Positions 43,501 through 56,143 of a stretch of 64,000 nucleotides of DNA are shown here, in pieces. The first letter of the stretch is position 1; every line of letters begins with the position of its first letter. Location: positions 1 to 64,000 of the forward strand of contig JASANG010003810.1 in NCBI GenBank assembly GCA_030248215.1, read 5' to 3'. A model generated the notes under the pieces. The model saw only the letters and a list, made by a program, of their open reading frames with translations, made no database searches and was not told where the DNA came from. Position numbers and translations under genes: made by a program. Source of the DNA: Enoplolaimus lenunculus (taxonomy: Eukaryota).

Positions 43501-46500
43501 TTTGCAACCCTGCCCTGCTACGTCAGACAAGCTACTTTGAGATCGAGGCGTATCGCGAACAACAGTATTCCGCTTGCCACTACGGTCATATTTCTTTAAA
43601 ACCCCCAAGACATGCTTCTTGTGAACCTCTTTGGCATTACGATCGCCGTCAGCGTTCGCTTTTCGCTTTCGCCAGATTCGATTTCTTAAATTAGCCATTT
43701 CGTCCACAATCATTTGTTTAGACACGTCCGCAGATTGACCGTTCCCCATCAGATAATGACACAAGCCAGCGCGGCCTACACCGCGTCTAGGCTGCCCACC
43801 AATATTTCGTAGTTGCACATTAGCCTGCCGCAATTGTTGTCCAAAGCTCTCAAATTCCTCATTGTGTGATCCAAGGCTCAAAGCTTTATTGGCATACGTC
43901 TTTTCATGTTCATTTCCATCCTTTAAGTCATTCCTGCCAGAGATATTTTCAGACTGATCTGCAGATCTTAACTTCCCATTTTCTGCTTCATGACCCCGTC
44001 TTAAACTCGTTTGTTCTTTCTTTCTGCCTCGTTTCGTATTATGCCGGTCACGTTTTTGTTTTTCAATCTTCAAATTTCGATTTTTCTTCCAAGCCTCCAG
44101 GCCTCCGCTAGTTGTTACCGTCACCAACAAAAAATCAAAATCACTAACAGCGACTAATTGAAAATCTGTTGAGTCTAGCGTTTGAGGCATATCAGAGCAA
44201 ACATCAACTACGTCACTCAATTGTTCACAAGACACCGACGTACCGGATTCACTATTACAAGCCTGGACCATAGGAAATTCTCGCAAATTTAAATTTGTCT
44301 GAAGACCACCATTGAAGTCATCGCATCCCATTTCATCATCCCTTTTCGCGGCGTCACACTGCACCGGAGGATCACTGTCAACGTGAGTACAAGTTTCACT
44401 CGAAATCTTAAATTCGCTCTCGTTTTTTGAAGATAACTGGTCTTCAATCTCCACCCCAGGTTGCTCAATAATTGCACCAGATACCTCAGACGCAACCGCG
44501 ATTTCCTTGCTAAAATCATAGGCCAAATTCTCAACAATCTCTTCTACATCAACTGCTGAACATTTGCTTCCTGAGTCGGACATTTGGTCATTGCACACAG
44601 AACCCGCACTCTCATCCCCCAAAGGAAAGCTCCAACCAGTCCGCAGCTGGCCTGCTCCGGCATTCATATCTCGATATGTTTCCATAACCAAGGCATCACG
44701 ATTAGTATTGTAAACAAGATCCACCTTTTCAGTCACTGGACAGTCACTTCGCGAGTCGTTAGAGATTTCTTCCGTGCACACGGCACCCAGATCCTTACCC
44801 ACAGAAAGGCTATCTAACTGCGCTTGTGTTTGGTTTGCATCAGAACCAGAATTCATACCTTGGTATAATTCAGCCGCCAGATAAACATTCGCTGCGGAAC
44901 AGTTATGTCGCGAGTCAAACGTTTGGTCTTTGTACTCGGTAGTATTATCCATACCACCAGAAATGCTATCGAAACCTGCCTGAAGCTCCGTTACAACCAT
45001 ATCTGATTTCATATTTTCATTACCTTCAGCCGCCATTTCTTTGCTAGTAACAGTCTCGCTATTATTCACTTCTTCCCTGTCACAAATTCCCCCCTCACAA
45101 GATTGTTTGGCAATAACCATTGGCCACCGCGACTCGGTAGCCCCAATCTCACCCCCAGCTACTACAGTATTATTCGAACCCGATTCAGGCATTTGAGTCA
45201 GTCCTGTTTCCATAGCAAACTCCGAACTACCACCATTTGAAGCTTCGTCTTGCTTGCAACCACTATTCTGTTTCGTTCGTTTGCTCTTATCTCCCTGACT
45301 AGAATCCGCAGGGCCAACTGCAATTGTTGAAATGCAACGCCACAACAAAAATCGCACATTGCACGCAACAATTCGCTTTGGTGAAAACGGAAGACTGCGT
45401 CTGGCTGGTTTACGGCTTACAACAACATCGCCATCATCAACATCGTACGTATCGTGACTCCACGAAAAATCTAAACAAACAAACAAACAAACAAACAAAC
45501 ATACAAACAAACAAACAACGGTTACTCCAAGAAAAACTACATAGAAACAAACAAAAATATTTATAACAAATTCCTAAAGGGAAATAAGCTCGTAAAAATT
45601 GTGGGCATATTAAACTGAAGTAGCCGACGACCAACAATAAGCAAGTAAAATTTCGTTTGCCGGATTTCGAAAAAATCTTAGATTCCAGGGCGCCTCATTA
45701 CATTTTGACTTAATTTGTCAGATAAATACAGTAATTCTTACCTTCTTCAAACAAAATAAGATGATACAACGAGTCTTGTTCTCCAATAGAAATCACACCA
45801 ACCAACTGATACGATGCCAGTGTATCGCCACAATTTAAATCCACAAATTTAAATTGTTCCCAACTATTGCCAAGTCCATTGGTAAAAAAGTAGACCAACA
45901 ACTGGGGCAGTCTGAAAAATACAATAGCCAAAACACTGATGGTTCCTATTAACTTTACTTTTACATCATCACGCTTAGGTTTAACAACCATTCTTTTGTA
46001 AGCAGGACAGTGAAAACCCGAAAACAGTACGCCAGACGGAGCTATTTTTCAGGAAAGTTTAAGCACTTGCGATTCTGAACCAGCGTTTCAACAAACTCGG
46101 CTTTTGGTCTCTGAAAATTAAAATGATCAAGATTGTTTTTATGTGAGACAATGAGTCAACTAGCGGTCGTATATAAAAGCAGACCACGGTAAGGACGCGG
46201 CAAAACGCACAAGCATGGAAGAAAAAATTGAGTAAGGTGGTAATCACTGCGTTATTACAGGCCTACCACTGAAACTACTTCATCAAACTTTACAGCAATT
46301 GAACCTGTTAATTCAACAGTTTAAAAATATTATTTCGATTCATGTATGTTTTAGCTACAAATCAAATAAACTACCACATACCTTGTATAGCATTTCTGAC
46401 CACAGCAAGCGTTAAGACACTTTTGGCATAAAACTCGCTGCTCATACGAAAAGATAGTATCTTGACTTTCGACTTGTTCGTTCATACAAACACACACTTC

Positions 46501-49500
46501 AGAAGATCTGCAAATAATAAGTACGTAGTACTACATCGAACTTGTACATAAGTGTGCTCAAATTACCCCATGACATAATTCACTGAAGTAATAATGTCTA
46601 ATTTTATACTCGCACAGCTACAGCCTTTTAGTCAAAACTTTTCAGAAATGGTCGAGAAACACTGTGCTGAAATATAAACACAGCCATACAAATTGAAATT
46701 TCCTTCTAATCTAGTTAAACATCGTCAACTGGTAACATAAAAAATAGTCAAAATTAACAAAAACTCTAGTTGCGTGTGAAAAATCCGTTTAAGATTTATT
46801 ACGAATTGTAAAAAATATCACCCGTTTCGGAAATTTAGATAAATTTCAATAAAAACATTTCGATTTATAAACCCGTACATATGTAAGAAAATTTCAAAAG
46901 GTCACCACTTAGCCCATCACGTACTTAATAACTGATTCAAGCCCGCACAGTGAACACGAATACGACTCGCTATACGACAACATCAAAGCTGTGGTAAGTC
47001 CTGCAGTTTCAACGCTAGATTCAATCTTTGTTTTCAGGTAACTTGAAACGTGAAACACAGAGTTTCCTGCTTTGATCGCTGACGTATTGCACAAATGTTC
47101 GAAAAGTTTAATAACCACTTCGGTAGCTTGTTCAATGGACATCGCCATACAAACCTGTCCGTTTTCCTGAAAGTAAAAATTTAAAATTCAAGACATTGAA
47201 AAAGTTTCAAGTTATAGAAATGCAGTATTGTTGTCACATAATTTCTACAAAATTTCTAAAGAACAGCTAAAAACATATGCGTCAGCAATCTGTGACACAT
47301 TCGACAGGCAACGAATAAATGTTTGTCATTTGAAAGTTAACCCATTCTTACATGAACATTTTCAATTTCACATCATTTAACGCCACAACCCGACTACAAA
47401 AGCTTTCAAGTCCGATCAAAATAAACAAATGTCAAAAGCTAAGAAACTACCCAGCCCACTGGTACCTGATATTTTATGCTATCTTCGCCACTGTTAACAG
47501 TACCTACAGTCGTAATCTGTCCGGCGCTTTGACTCCCGCTTATACCACCGAAACCGCCATGTCTACCTTGACCGATGCTTAGGACCCGTTCATCCTGGTT
47601 CCTGTTGTTATTCTCAGTCGATGTCAAATTACATACAGCGGCAGCTTTCTCACCAGGATCATAAATATATACAGCTACTGAATTTTCCACAGGGTAACAG
47701 CATAATGTCACATCCACGCTTATATCTGAATTGTACTGATTGGTTCTAATTTCAGTTGATTCTATCACAGGTGTTGAATCAGATACAAAACCGGAAGACT
47801 GGATCCACAAGGGTTCTAGGCATACGGTCTCATTTGGGGTTTGAATTATAGCATCTGCCACGGCACTCGCAGCACTCCTATGTTCTGAACCGGTACTTGA
47901 ATCGATCGAAATCACGGGCGCTGAAACAAACGTACTTGCATTTTCCTCTGATGACATCACTTCTAATCTAGCCAGGTCTGGTTTATCCTGATGCTTAGAA
48001 TCTGTTCGACCGGCTATATTATTGCTAGATTGTTGGGTAGTACTAGCGCTGGTAGCAAATACATTTGTCCCAGGAGCTGAGCAAGTTGTTGTTTCAGTCC
48101 AATCCATATCCGGACAAAATGTCGCTTGCAGAGTTTGACGGGACCCATCTGAAGGCTGTTGTTGCTCGTGTGTATTATTAGCCCCTGTGCCTACCGCTAA
48201 GGAAAATGTCTCATTTCCACGTAAGTCACTACATGTACCTGCGCCCTGAGAGCTATTTCCCAAAAGATGATGCGACACTTTGAGCGGAACGGTAGATGAA
48301 GCACAAGCAACCCCTTGAGGTTCATGTTTAAAATACTCTACAGACATTTTCTTGCTTGCTTGAGCAACCGGACTAGCGGGAGAAAATTTCTTCAGCCCAG
48401 ACACCACGTATTCGCAGTTCACGACCACCCTATCAGCCTGGCTACCAAAGGACGATGCAACAGTGTTTTCACATTGTCTGGGTACCACGGGAAACGTAAT
48501 CAAATACGATGGAGGACAAGTTTGCACCGTTTGGCTTGTCCCAATAGTTTGAATGCTGCCATTCTGACCTTCAAATCCCGCCGAAACGCTAAATTTAGTA
48601 TCTTTCAACGGTGTTTTTGTCGACAAATTAACTTCACTTAAATTTTGCGATTGCAACAAATTCAAATTGTAATCACTAACAATTCGATTAACAACCAAAG
48701 GCTTCAAAATGCTACCACTTTCCGGCCCTTGAACTGAATTCTTTATCTCAGACCAAGACTTAGCTAGTTTTGAACTCGAAGCAACATAGTTACCGCTGCC
48801 AAAATCCTTAATGTCCATACTACTTCTAGCATCTGCAGATCCAACGACTTGTGATTCCCAATGGCTACTAGCTAGCATTGGGGATCCATTCACGGGATAA
48901 GGCACCCTGGATAAATCGTGAGACGAAAACTGCCCGTCGATGTCTTGATTTTGAACCAATGCGTACAACGACGGCCGTTCGATGCAAAAATTTTCAATTG
49001 GCTCCTCGCACATTAAAGGAAACACACACTGAAAAATACAACTTATACATTGAAATAAAAAATATGGTCTAAAAGCATTAAAAATTTTGAGACATATAAT
49101 GATAACAGATCGTTTATATCTACACAAATGCTTAGGACATCCCTGCAATCAAGCCGGCTAACGTCAAAATGATTTAATGCGTACGCATATATATTTAGTA
49201 ACACTATTTACCAAGAACGGGAGTAACAAACTAGCAAATGCTGCTGGAAAAAAAAGACAAAACTCTTCCAACGTTTCAGAAGTTAATATATATCTTTTAA
49301 CTTTAATTTCCTTAATGATGGTGCTAAAAGAAACTGACATTGAAATACACCTATTAATTACATCATATATACATCTAGTCGTTAAATTTTGCTATTCAAT
49401 ACTTACCCCTTCTCCAGGACACATCCAAAGTGCCTCGGTGTCACTGATTTGATACAATCGAAGCTTTGACTTTTGATTCCTGATTTGACGACATGTGGGA

Positions 49501-49529
49501 CATTCACTAATCGGGCATGGCGCTGGCAT
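40555..49529 (-). CDS. USPL1: USPL1-like protein (~2,200 aa) with a degenerate peptidase domain. Exons 49529-49407, 49028-47466, 47166-46925, 46507-46382, 45911-45742, 45470-42327, 41759-40555
   Basis: N-terminus ECPTCRQIRNQKSKLRLYQISDTEALWMCPGEG|CVFPL resembles recalled USPL1 (YCPACREKGKLKALKTYRISFQESIFLCEDLQCIYPL). The central small exons give YSCSLCG..LCQKC..LLVYFFTNGL..YQLVGVI..IL..SW..IVACNVRFLLWR, colinear with the C-terminal half of the USPL1 USP fold. Splice phases are compatible. Confidence 0.72.
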
Positions 49530-50904
49530 CTGCTGAAATTACCACAAAGCAAGCATACGCATATAACCATATTAAAACAACATTTCCCAAATAAGTCACA
49601 TTGCACGTATTTAACACATTTTATATATTTTTTACAAAAATTCTCACAACAAACACCTGCATAACAAGGTTTCATCCTCGTTAGTGACAAAAACCAGTCA
49701 ATGCTTAGTGAGCTGTAATCGCCGTTCAGGCCACAAACTTAAACAACCATCTTTTTGCTGCAACACATTGTGCCCTTTAAAATCTTTCAAATATAACGCA
49801 GTCTGCAAACAATGATCCACCATCAAAGTTCCAAAATCAGCCAGAAAAGTGGCCATTACACTGCATACCATAGGCAGTGGGCGCGTTCCGGCTCATTATT
49901 GTGCATATATACGTAAATTTCGCACAAACAAATATAGAACTAATCCACAACAACCGGGAAATATCCGGTGCGCTGCAATATTTAAATCTTGGTGTTGAGA
50001 ACATTGCAACCACTTTGACTAGTATTTTTATTGCTAAGTGGCGAACCTTACTTGTTGTTTACAACTAACCCAAAATGCTTTTGTGTAAAGACTATCATAA
50101 TTTGATATGCGGCGGCGGCGTTGACGGCCGCAAATGTCGACAAAGCTGTCGGAGTCGTTCAATGCTTTGAGCTCCTGACAAAGCATTGCAACGTTCGAAC
50201 TAAAAAACAGAGAGATAGGCTTCATTTAGATATTTTATTTACATTTCCTGCATAGAACACAACTGAACTAATTCCATTAAGCCCTTAGTAAGCCGTTGTT
50301 ATTGTTCCAACCAGCTGGGTTGCAGAGACATAGTTTTCAATTGGGACATTATGTTTTCCAAATGCCACATTAATCCACACACAAGAAATATGTAATAATT
50401 AAGTTACAGTCCTAGTTTTGAATGTATTACTCGACTGTGTTCTGAGGCGTTTTTTCTCAAAGTATTCTAGAAACTAAATTGTCTTTTTGTCTTAAGCCTA
50501 TGTCCATTTAGAAGTCATGTCTATGCAGCCCAACTACTGTTTTACAGATAGAATCAATCATATTTTTCAAACGATACGCTTAATTTCCATTGTTTTATGG
50601 ATACAGTAGGGTACACTTACTTCAATTATTAGCTCTTCTTCTAGCACAGGATTACAACGGAACATCGACGAACATCAAAAGAAATCGAAGATATTAGCAT
50701 AATCCTTCGGTTACAATATACCGTTATTAAAGCAAATCCAGGCCTTGCCAAAGGAGTGCATACCAGACTTAAATTTTTATATTACTCTGTAACTAACGTC
50801 ATGTAGCACTAAACGCCAATAGACAAGGAGTAACACTAGCTATGTAAAAAGAGTATATAAGAAAATACAAGCTTACTTACTCGTAGATTCGTTCAGCGAT
50901 TATA

Positions 50905-51809
50905 CAGAGTCTGTCCGAAAGAACGCTTATTTTCAAACACTATATCCAAACAGCTTCTACATTGTCCCTGCTCTTTGCGACGGGACTTTCGCCAAAACAC
51001 ACTAACTTGGTATATCTTCTGCTGAGTCCTATCATATTAAAAACAATATTGTTGTGGACGGACATTTTTACAGTAGAGTAGGCAGTATAACATGGATGAC
51101 CCATTATGATCATGAATATTAAAGAGTTATGTCTACGCCACTGTAAAAAATAGTACCCTCAACGAGTCCCTAAGTTCGTAAAGTGCAGTGTTTATAAATT
51201 GTATGTTCAAAAGTACACACACTATCTGTACACCCGGCCGACAACAGAGAGTTGCTTTAAACGGCGTATACTTGGTCACAGTATCGCAGATACAGATGCC
51301 GCTTTGTCAATACGTTATAGAAAGGACATCTGTTTTGTCCTGAGTCTGTCAGAAGTACATTCGCTTACGGGTCATCCACGTTTATACTGTCTACGCTATA
51401 TTAAAATATTGCCCACCCACTTCTTTGCAAGGGCGGTACAAAACAGTACTGGTTTTGGAATATTTGGACTTTGTAGAAGGTATGCATAGTTAGCCTTTAA
51501 TGGCGGTAGTCTCTGTACGGAGGGGTTAGGGACTATGTGGACATTGTTTGGACACAGTGTCCGATAATAAGACTTCCTTCGCACAGACTCTGTATAAACG
51601 CTTGACAGAGTCCCTTTGGTCAACACTGTGTCCAACCAGTGTCCACATTGTCCCTACTTTCTCCGAAGGAACAACTGCCATAACAGAATATCTATGTATG
51701 TGTCTGCAAAGGCCATATATCCCAAAAACACTATTGCTATGTACCGCCCTTGCAAACAAGTGAATAGACAATTTTTACAGTAGCGTAGACAGTATAACGT
51801 CGATGACCC
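50905..51809. repeat. Three diverged ~200-230-bp units; 51369-51809 forms a long imperfect hairpin and 50905-51103 is a third copy
   Basis: GGGTCATCCACGTTTATACTGTCTACGCTA at 51369 mirrors TAGCGTAGACAGTATAACGTCGATGACCC ending at 51809. TTGCAAGGGCGGTACA mirrors TGTACCGCCCTTGCAA. Confidence 0.85.
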
Positions 51810-52147
51810 ATTATACCCTTATGTGTCTGCATTAATTTCAGCATATATCATTACTTTCGAGACATGCGGTCACACGGTACCATACGTTCGGCCTACACAG
51901 GAAATATCCAAGCGTTTCACGAAGGCTGAAGGTGTCCTTTAACAGTTTAGCTAATACTTTTCAATTCTATGAACACCTTTAGTTAGCTGCGGACAAAACA
52001 CTGTTTCTCTGAAACTCTGGGAGCGCCGATATAAGAAGTATAAACATTTTTGTTTACGTCAGTTGAGCTAAGAGAAAACTCGACGAAAAGCTACGTTATG
52101 GCTTTGAGATAGCTTGCACTTAACTAAAATAACCTTTACGCGATTAC

Positions 52148-52457
52148 ACGAAGGTTCGAACCCCAACCTTGGAGTATTAACCATATGCGTTTACCACTGT
52201 ACCTACACTGCAAAAATGGTGAGTCAAATTGACTCTCTCCGAAATAGGCTTTTCGGGACTACACATACTGAGTAAATTCGACTCCGCCAGAGTCAAATTC
52301 GACTCACTGAGTGACTAGGTTGAGTCAAAATTGGCTCTGGCGGAGTGGAATTTGACTCAGTTTGTGTAGTACCGAAAAGCCTATTTCGGAGGGAGTCAAT
52401 TGGACTCACCATTTTTGCAGTGTAGGTACAATGCGTTTACCGCTGTGCTAGCGGGAC
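52148..52457 (-). pseudogene. tRNA-derived (SINE-head-like) relic interrupted by a palindromic MITE
   Basis: With the insert removed, the minus strand reads GTCCCGCTAGCACAGCGGTAAACGCATATGGTTAATACTCCAAGGTTGGGGTTCGAACCTT: A box-like TAGCACAGCGG and B box GGTTCGAACC. No complete cloverleaf. Confidence 0.5.
52206..52422. mobile_element. Fully palindromic MITE family B (CACTGCAAAAATGGTGAGTC); second copy at 53836-54055
   Basis: About 100-bp near-perfect inverted arms, TA TSD, GAGTCAAA/TTTGACTC repeats. Confidence 0.93.
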
Positions 52458-52914
52458 ACGAGTATTTGTACGATAAATAGCCTTGTTGTGATGTTGTATG
52501 CTATGAATCGCAAGCTAGCAGCCGAATTGGCAAAGCGGTGAAAGTTTGATATCGAGTATCCGGACCAACTCCCTCAATGGTCTAACTTTAACATAATTGT
52601 TTTGTTTTGGTGTAACGAATAAAGAAAGAATAGAACTAAACCGGAAACCGAAGCGTATTGATTGTGCAAGCTAAAGTGTGGACATTTCACCGGGAAAATT
52701 CTAACTATATGCGCACATATTGGCTAGCTAATGTCGTAATTTGGACATAGTTTCTCGCGATACTATTTTGTGTCCATATACATGTGAAATTATGCGAACA
52801 TTTTTGTGCCAGTCATATGAACACTCATTCTGAATTAATAAATTTACTAACGCAGAACTAAATCAATGTGACCATATTTTCACACTCTTGTAAAAAGTCA
52901 TTATCGACTCTTGC

Positions 52915-55830
52915 TCCAGTGATTTGATTTCAACTCAGACTTAGTTAGGTCACTCAGTCCGAGTTAGGACTATCAGGACTCCTAATTGTGAGATTTTATT
53001 TTCCGGAATTAAATCAACTCAGTGTGAGAATCAATTCAACTCAGAGTGAGTTAAAGTTTCCTCTTTTTAACTCAGAAATAACTCACTTTCCGTCTGAGTT
53101 GATTAATTAACTCGCTGGAATTTACAGTGATAACATAAAAACCCATTGCAATATGAAAACTGATTTGATTTAAAAAATACATATTTAAGGTCATGCCTCT
53201 GAAACTTCAAAGCTTAAGCTAATACGCTTCGAAAGTTACAGTTTTACACTGTAAATTCCAATGAGTTGATTAAAAAACTCAGCTAGAAAGTTAGTTGTTT
53301 CGGAGTTAATAACAGAAAACATTAACTCACTCTAAGTTGACTTGATTCTCACTCCGAGTTGAGTTGACTCTGGGTGAGTTGATTAATTAACTCAGAACGA
53401 ATTGAATCAACTCAAAATTGTGAGTTCTGATAATGCTAACTCAGACAGAGTGATTCAACTCGTTTTGAGTTAAAATCAACTCACTGAAATTTTCAGTCTA
53501 AGTTTACGCTTCGAAAATTACAGTTTTATCTAAAGTAAAATATACTTTTAAAGTTGAAACTTTTTCAACCTGCAATATTTAATAATGTCTGGGGTTTGGC
53601 AGCCATCAGTGAAACAACAGCAGCCGTTTAAGCTATGATTCAGCTGCGGAAGTTTAAAATGGGTTTTTTTGTGATTTTTAAGTAATAAATTGCAGTTTTG
53701 CAATAATTTGATTAACATACAATTTGTAAAGTTTATTTCGTATCGCCTAACAGTGGCTGCTTGAACGCAAATTTGGTTGCGTTTTTTATATTTTTGCAAA
53801 TTCACAAGGGCCACCAAAATATATTGTGATGTTTACACTGCAAAAAATGGTGAGTCAACTTGACTCTCTCCGAAATAGGTTTTTTCGGACGACACAAACT
53901 GAGTCGAAATCCGACTCCGCCTGACTCAAATTCGACAGTCAGTCGCTCGTTGAGTCGAATTTGACTCTGGCGGAGTCGCAATTTTGACTCAGTTTGTGTA
54001 CTCCGGAAAAGCCTATTTCGGAAAGAATCAATTTGACTCACCATTTTTTGCTGTGCACGAGTATTGTTAAACAGTGATCGAATCTGTGGGATTTTTGGCT
54101 TAGGTGTCAAGCCTCCGATTTGGGCAACTGGGCATAAGCTTAAAAAACTGTCGTGATAAAATATTAAATTTAACAGATAAACATGAAAATTTCAGTTTAA
54201 AATTTGAAATTACAATGTACTAAAAATTACAAAATTAATTACAATAAATTATTCAGTATACGCCAACACTGTAATTTCCAGTGAATCGATTTTATCTCAG
54301 AATGAGCACTCATTAAAGTCTGATCTCTGAATTAAGTCTTTCAGAACCAGGAATTCGGACTTGAATGAACTCATTCGGAGTCATTAATCGATTCACCCGG
54401 AATTAAATCAGCTCAGCATGAGTTAATATTTACTGTTTTTAACTCAGAAACAACCCGAAATAACTAATTTTCTCTCAGTGGAATTTACAGTGCATGCCTG
54501 TAACCAGCTCATCATGCAATGGAAGCTGATGACGATTTTGCTAGAATACGCCGAGATTTCACATGGCTAAGCGCAGCTAAAACATTTCAAGAAGGAGACG
54601 TAAGATTTTGGGACCTGCGTGTCGTGTAACCCCCTGTAGCGACGAACAACATGAAAGGCGAGAATTTTCCCGGTGGCTATGACACGCATTGGCAGAGATA
54701 TTTAATTGAAAGTAGTTATTCAAATCAACTTTTGCTTGTCAGAAATTTTACACAACCATAATTGTAGACTTTACTAAGCTAAAAACTGTGTCATTAGACT
54801 TTTTTACATTTTCAAAATCTACCAATCTACAACTGTAAAAGTCATTATTCATACACTGTAAATTTCAGTCAGTTGATTTTATCTCATAATGAGTTGAATC
54901 CATTCAGAGGTCTGAGCTCTGTTAATAGGTCTTTCAGAACTCAGAATTCTGAATTGATTGAACTCATTCTGAGTTAATTAATATAACCGAGAGTGGATAA
55001 TGAGAAGTGTGTGCAACTCTTGGAGTCTCGCAAGGTACAAAATGTGCCATACCGCGAGTTACGTTTTTGGCCGACTCTCTCTTGTTTAGAGGGGGTCGCT
55101 TTCACATGAATACCCTAAATGAAACCATGAGGGAAGCATGTTTGCTGTGTGTAAATTAAGTGTCATGGTTCGCCCGGTTTTATTCCCTTTTACGAGGGGG
55201 AATAGGCGAAAAATGCAACACGTGCCAGGTACATACCTTCTGCACAGAATGTACCCAGTTGCACAATCTTGTTTATAGTCATTATCCACTATTGATATAA
55301 CTAACGAAGAATTAAGTCAGCTCAGCGTGAGTTATTGCTTACTGTTATTAACTCAGAAATAACAAGAAATAACTAATTCTCTCTCTGATTTGATTACTCA
55401 AGTCATCGGAATTTACAGTGTACACAAATTCTTTAATCACTGCCTGAGTTTGAAGTTAATCAGACATCAGTATCCATATTCTCACTGGTGTGTCCGCAAA
55501 ACAACTTTGAGCAGTGGTCATATTAATTGCAAGTTCTAATATAAGACACAGCGAACGATGGGTTTGCAAATTACACTCTAAAAACTTCAGTGAATTGATT
55601 TTAACTCAGAATGGTGGAATCCGCTTAGTCTGTAGCTGAGAACTATCAGAACACAGAATTTTGAGATGATTCAATTCATTTTGAGTTAAGTAAATCAACT
55701 CAACCGGAGCCAACAAAACTCAGGTGAGAATCAACTTGACTTAGAGTGAGTTAATATTTACTGATATTAATTCTGAAATAACCAACTCACTAGCTGAATT
55801 GGTTAATCAACTCATTGGAATTGTACAGTT
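52915..55830. mobile_element. Cluster of family A MITEs: ~52915-53130, 53247-53498, 54267-54492, 54854-55420 (with a nested insert), 55574-55830
   Basis: CACTGTAAATT/AATTTACAGTG termini and shared internal sequence. Confidence 0.88.
54982..55299. mobile_element. Distinct TIR element nested inside a family A MITE
   Basis: 12-bp perfect inverted pair AGTGGATAATGA (54992-55003) / TCATTATCCACT (55279-55290). The host A sequence resumes on either side. Confidence 0.75.
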
Positions 55831-56143
55831 TAAGCACATTTTCTACGCGTCAATTTTTAAAAAAACATTTTATACCAATTACAAGCTATTGATAGATGCA
55901 TAACCCATATCTTGCTGATGTCAGTTTAAACTGACGATATAAAAAGTCAATGTAAAATGGTCCATATTGCACAATTCTGAAAAGTATGCTTATTATGATA
56001 ATTACATACATGCAAGCCAACTATTGCAGTTACATTAAAATCGTCTGACGTGCGTAGATCTGGGTTAATAGTTGCTATACGCATTTGAGAATACTGTTCC
56101 TATAATTTCATTCTTTTACTAATTATAATTTCATAGAATAATT

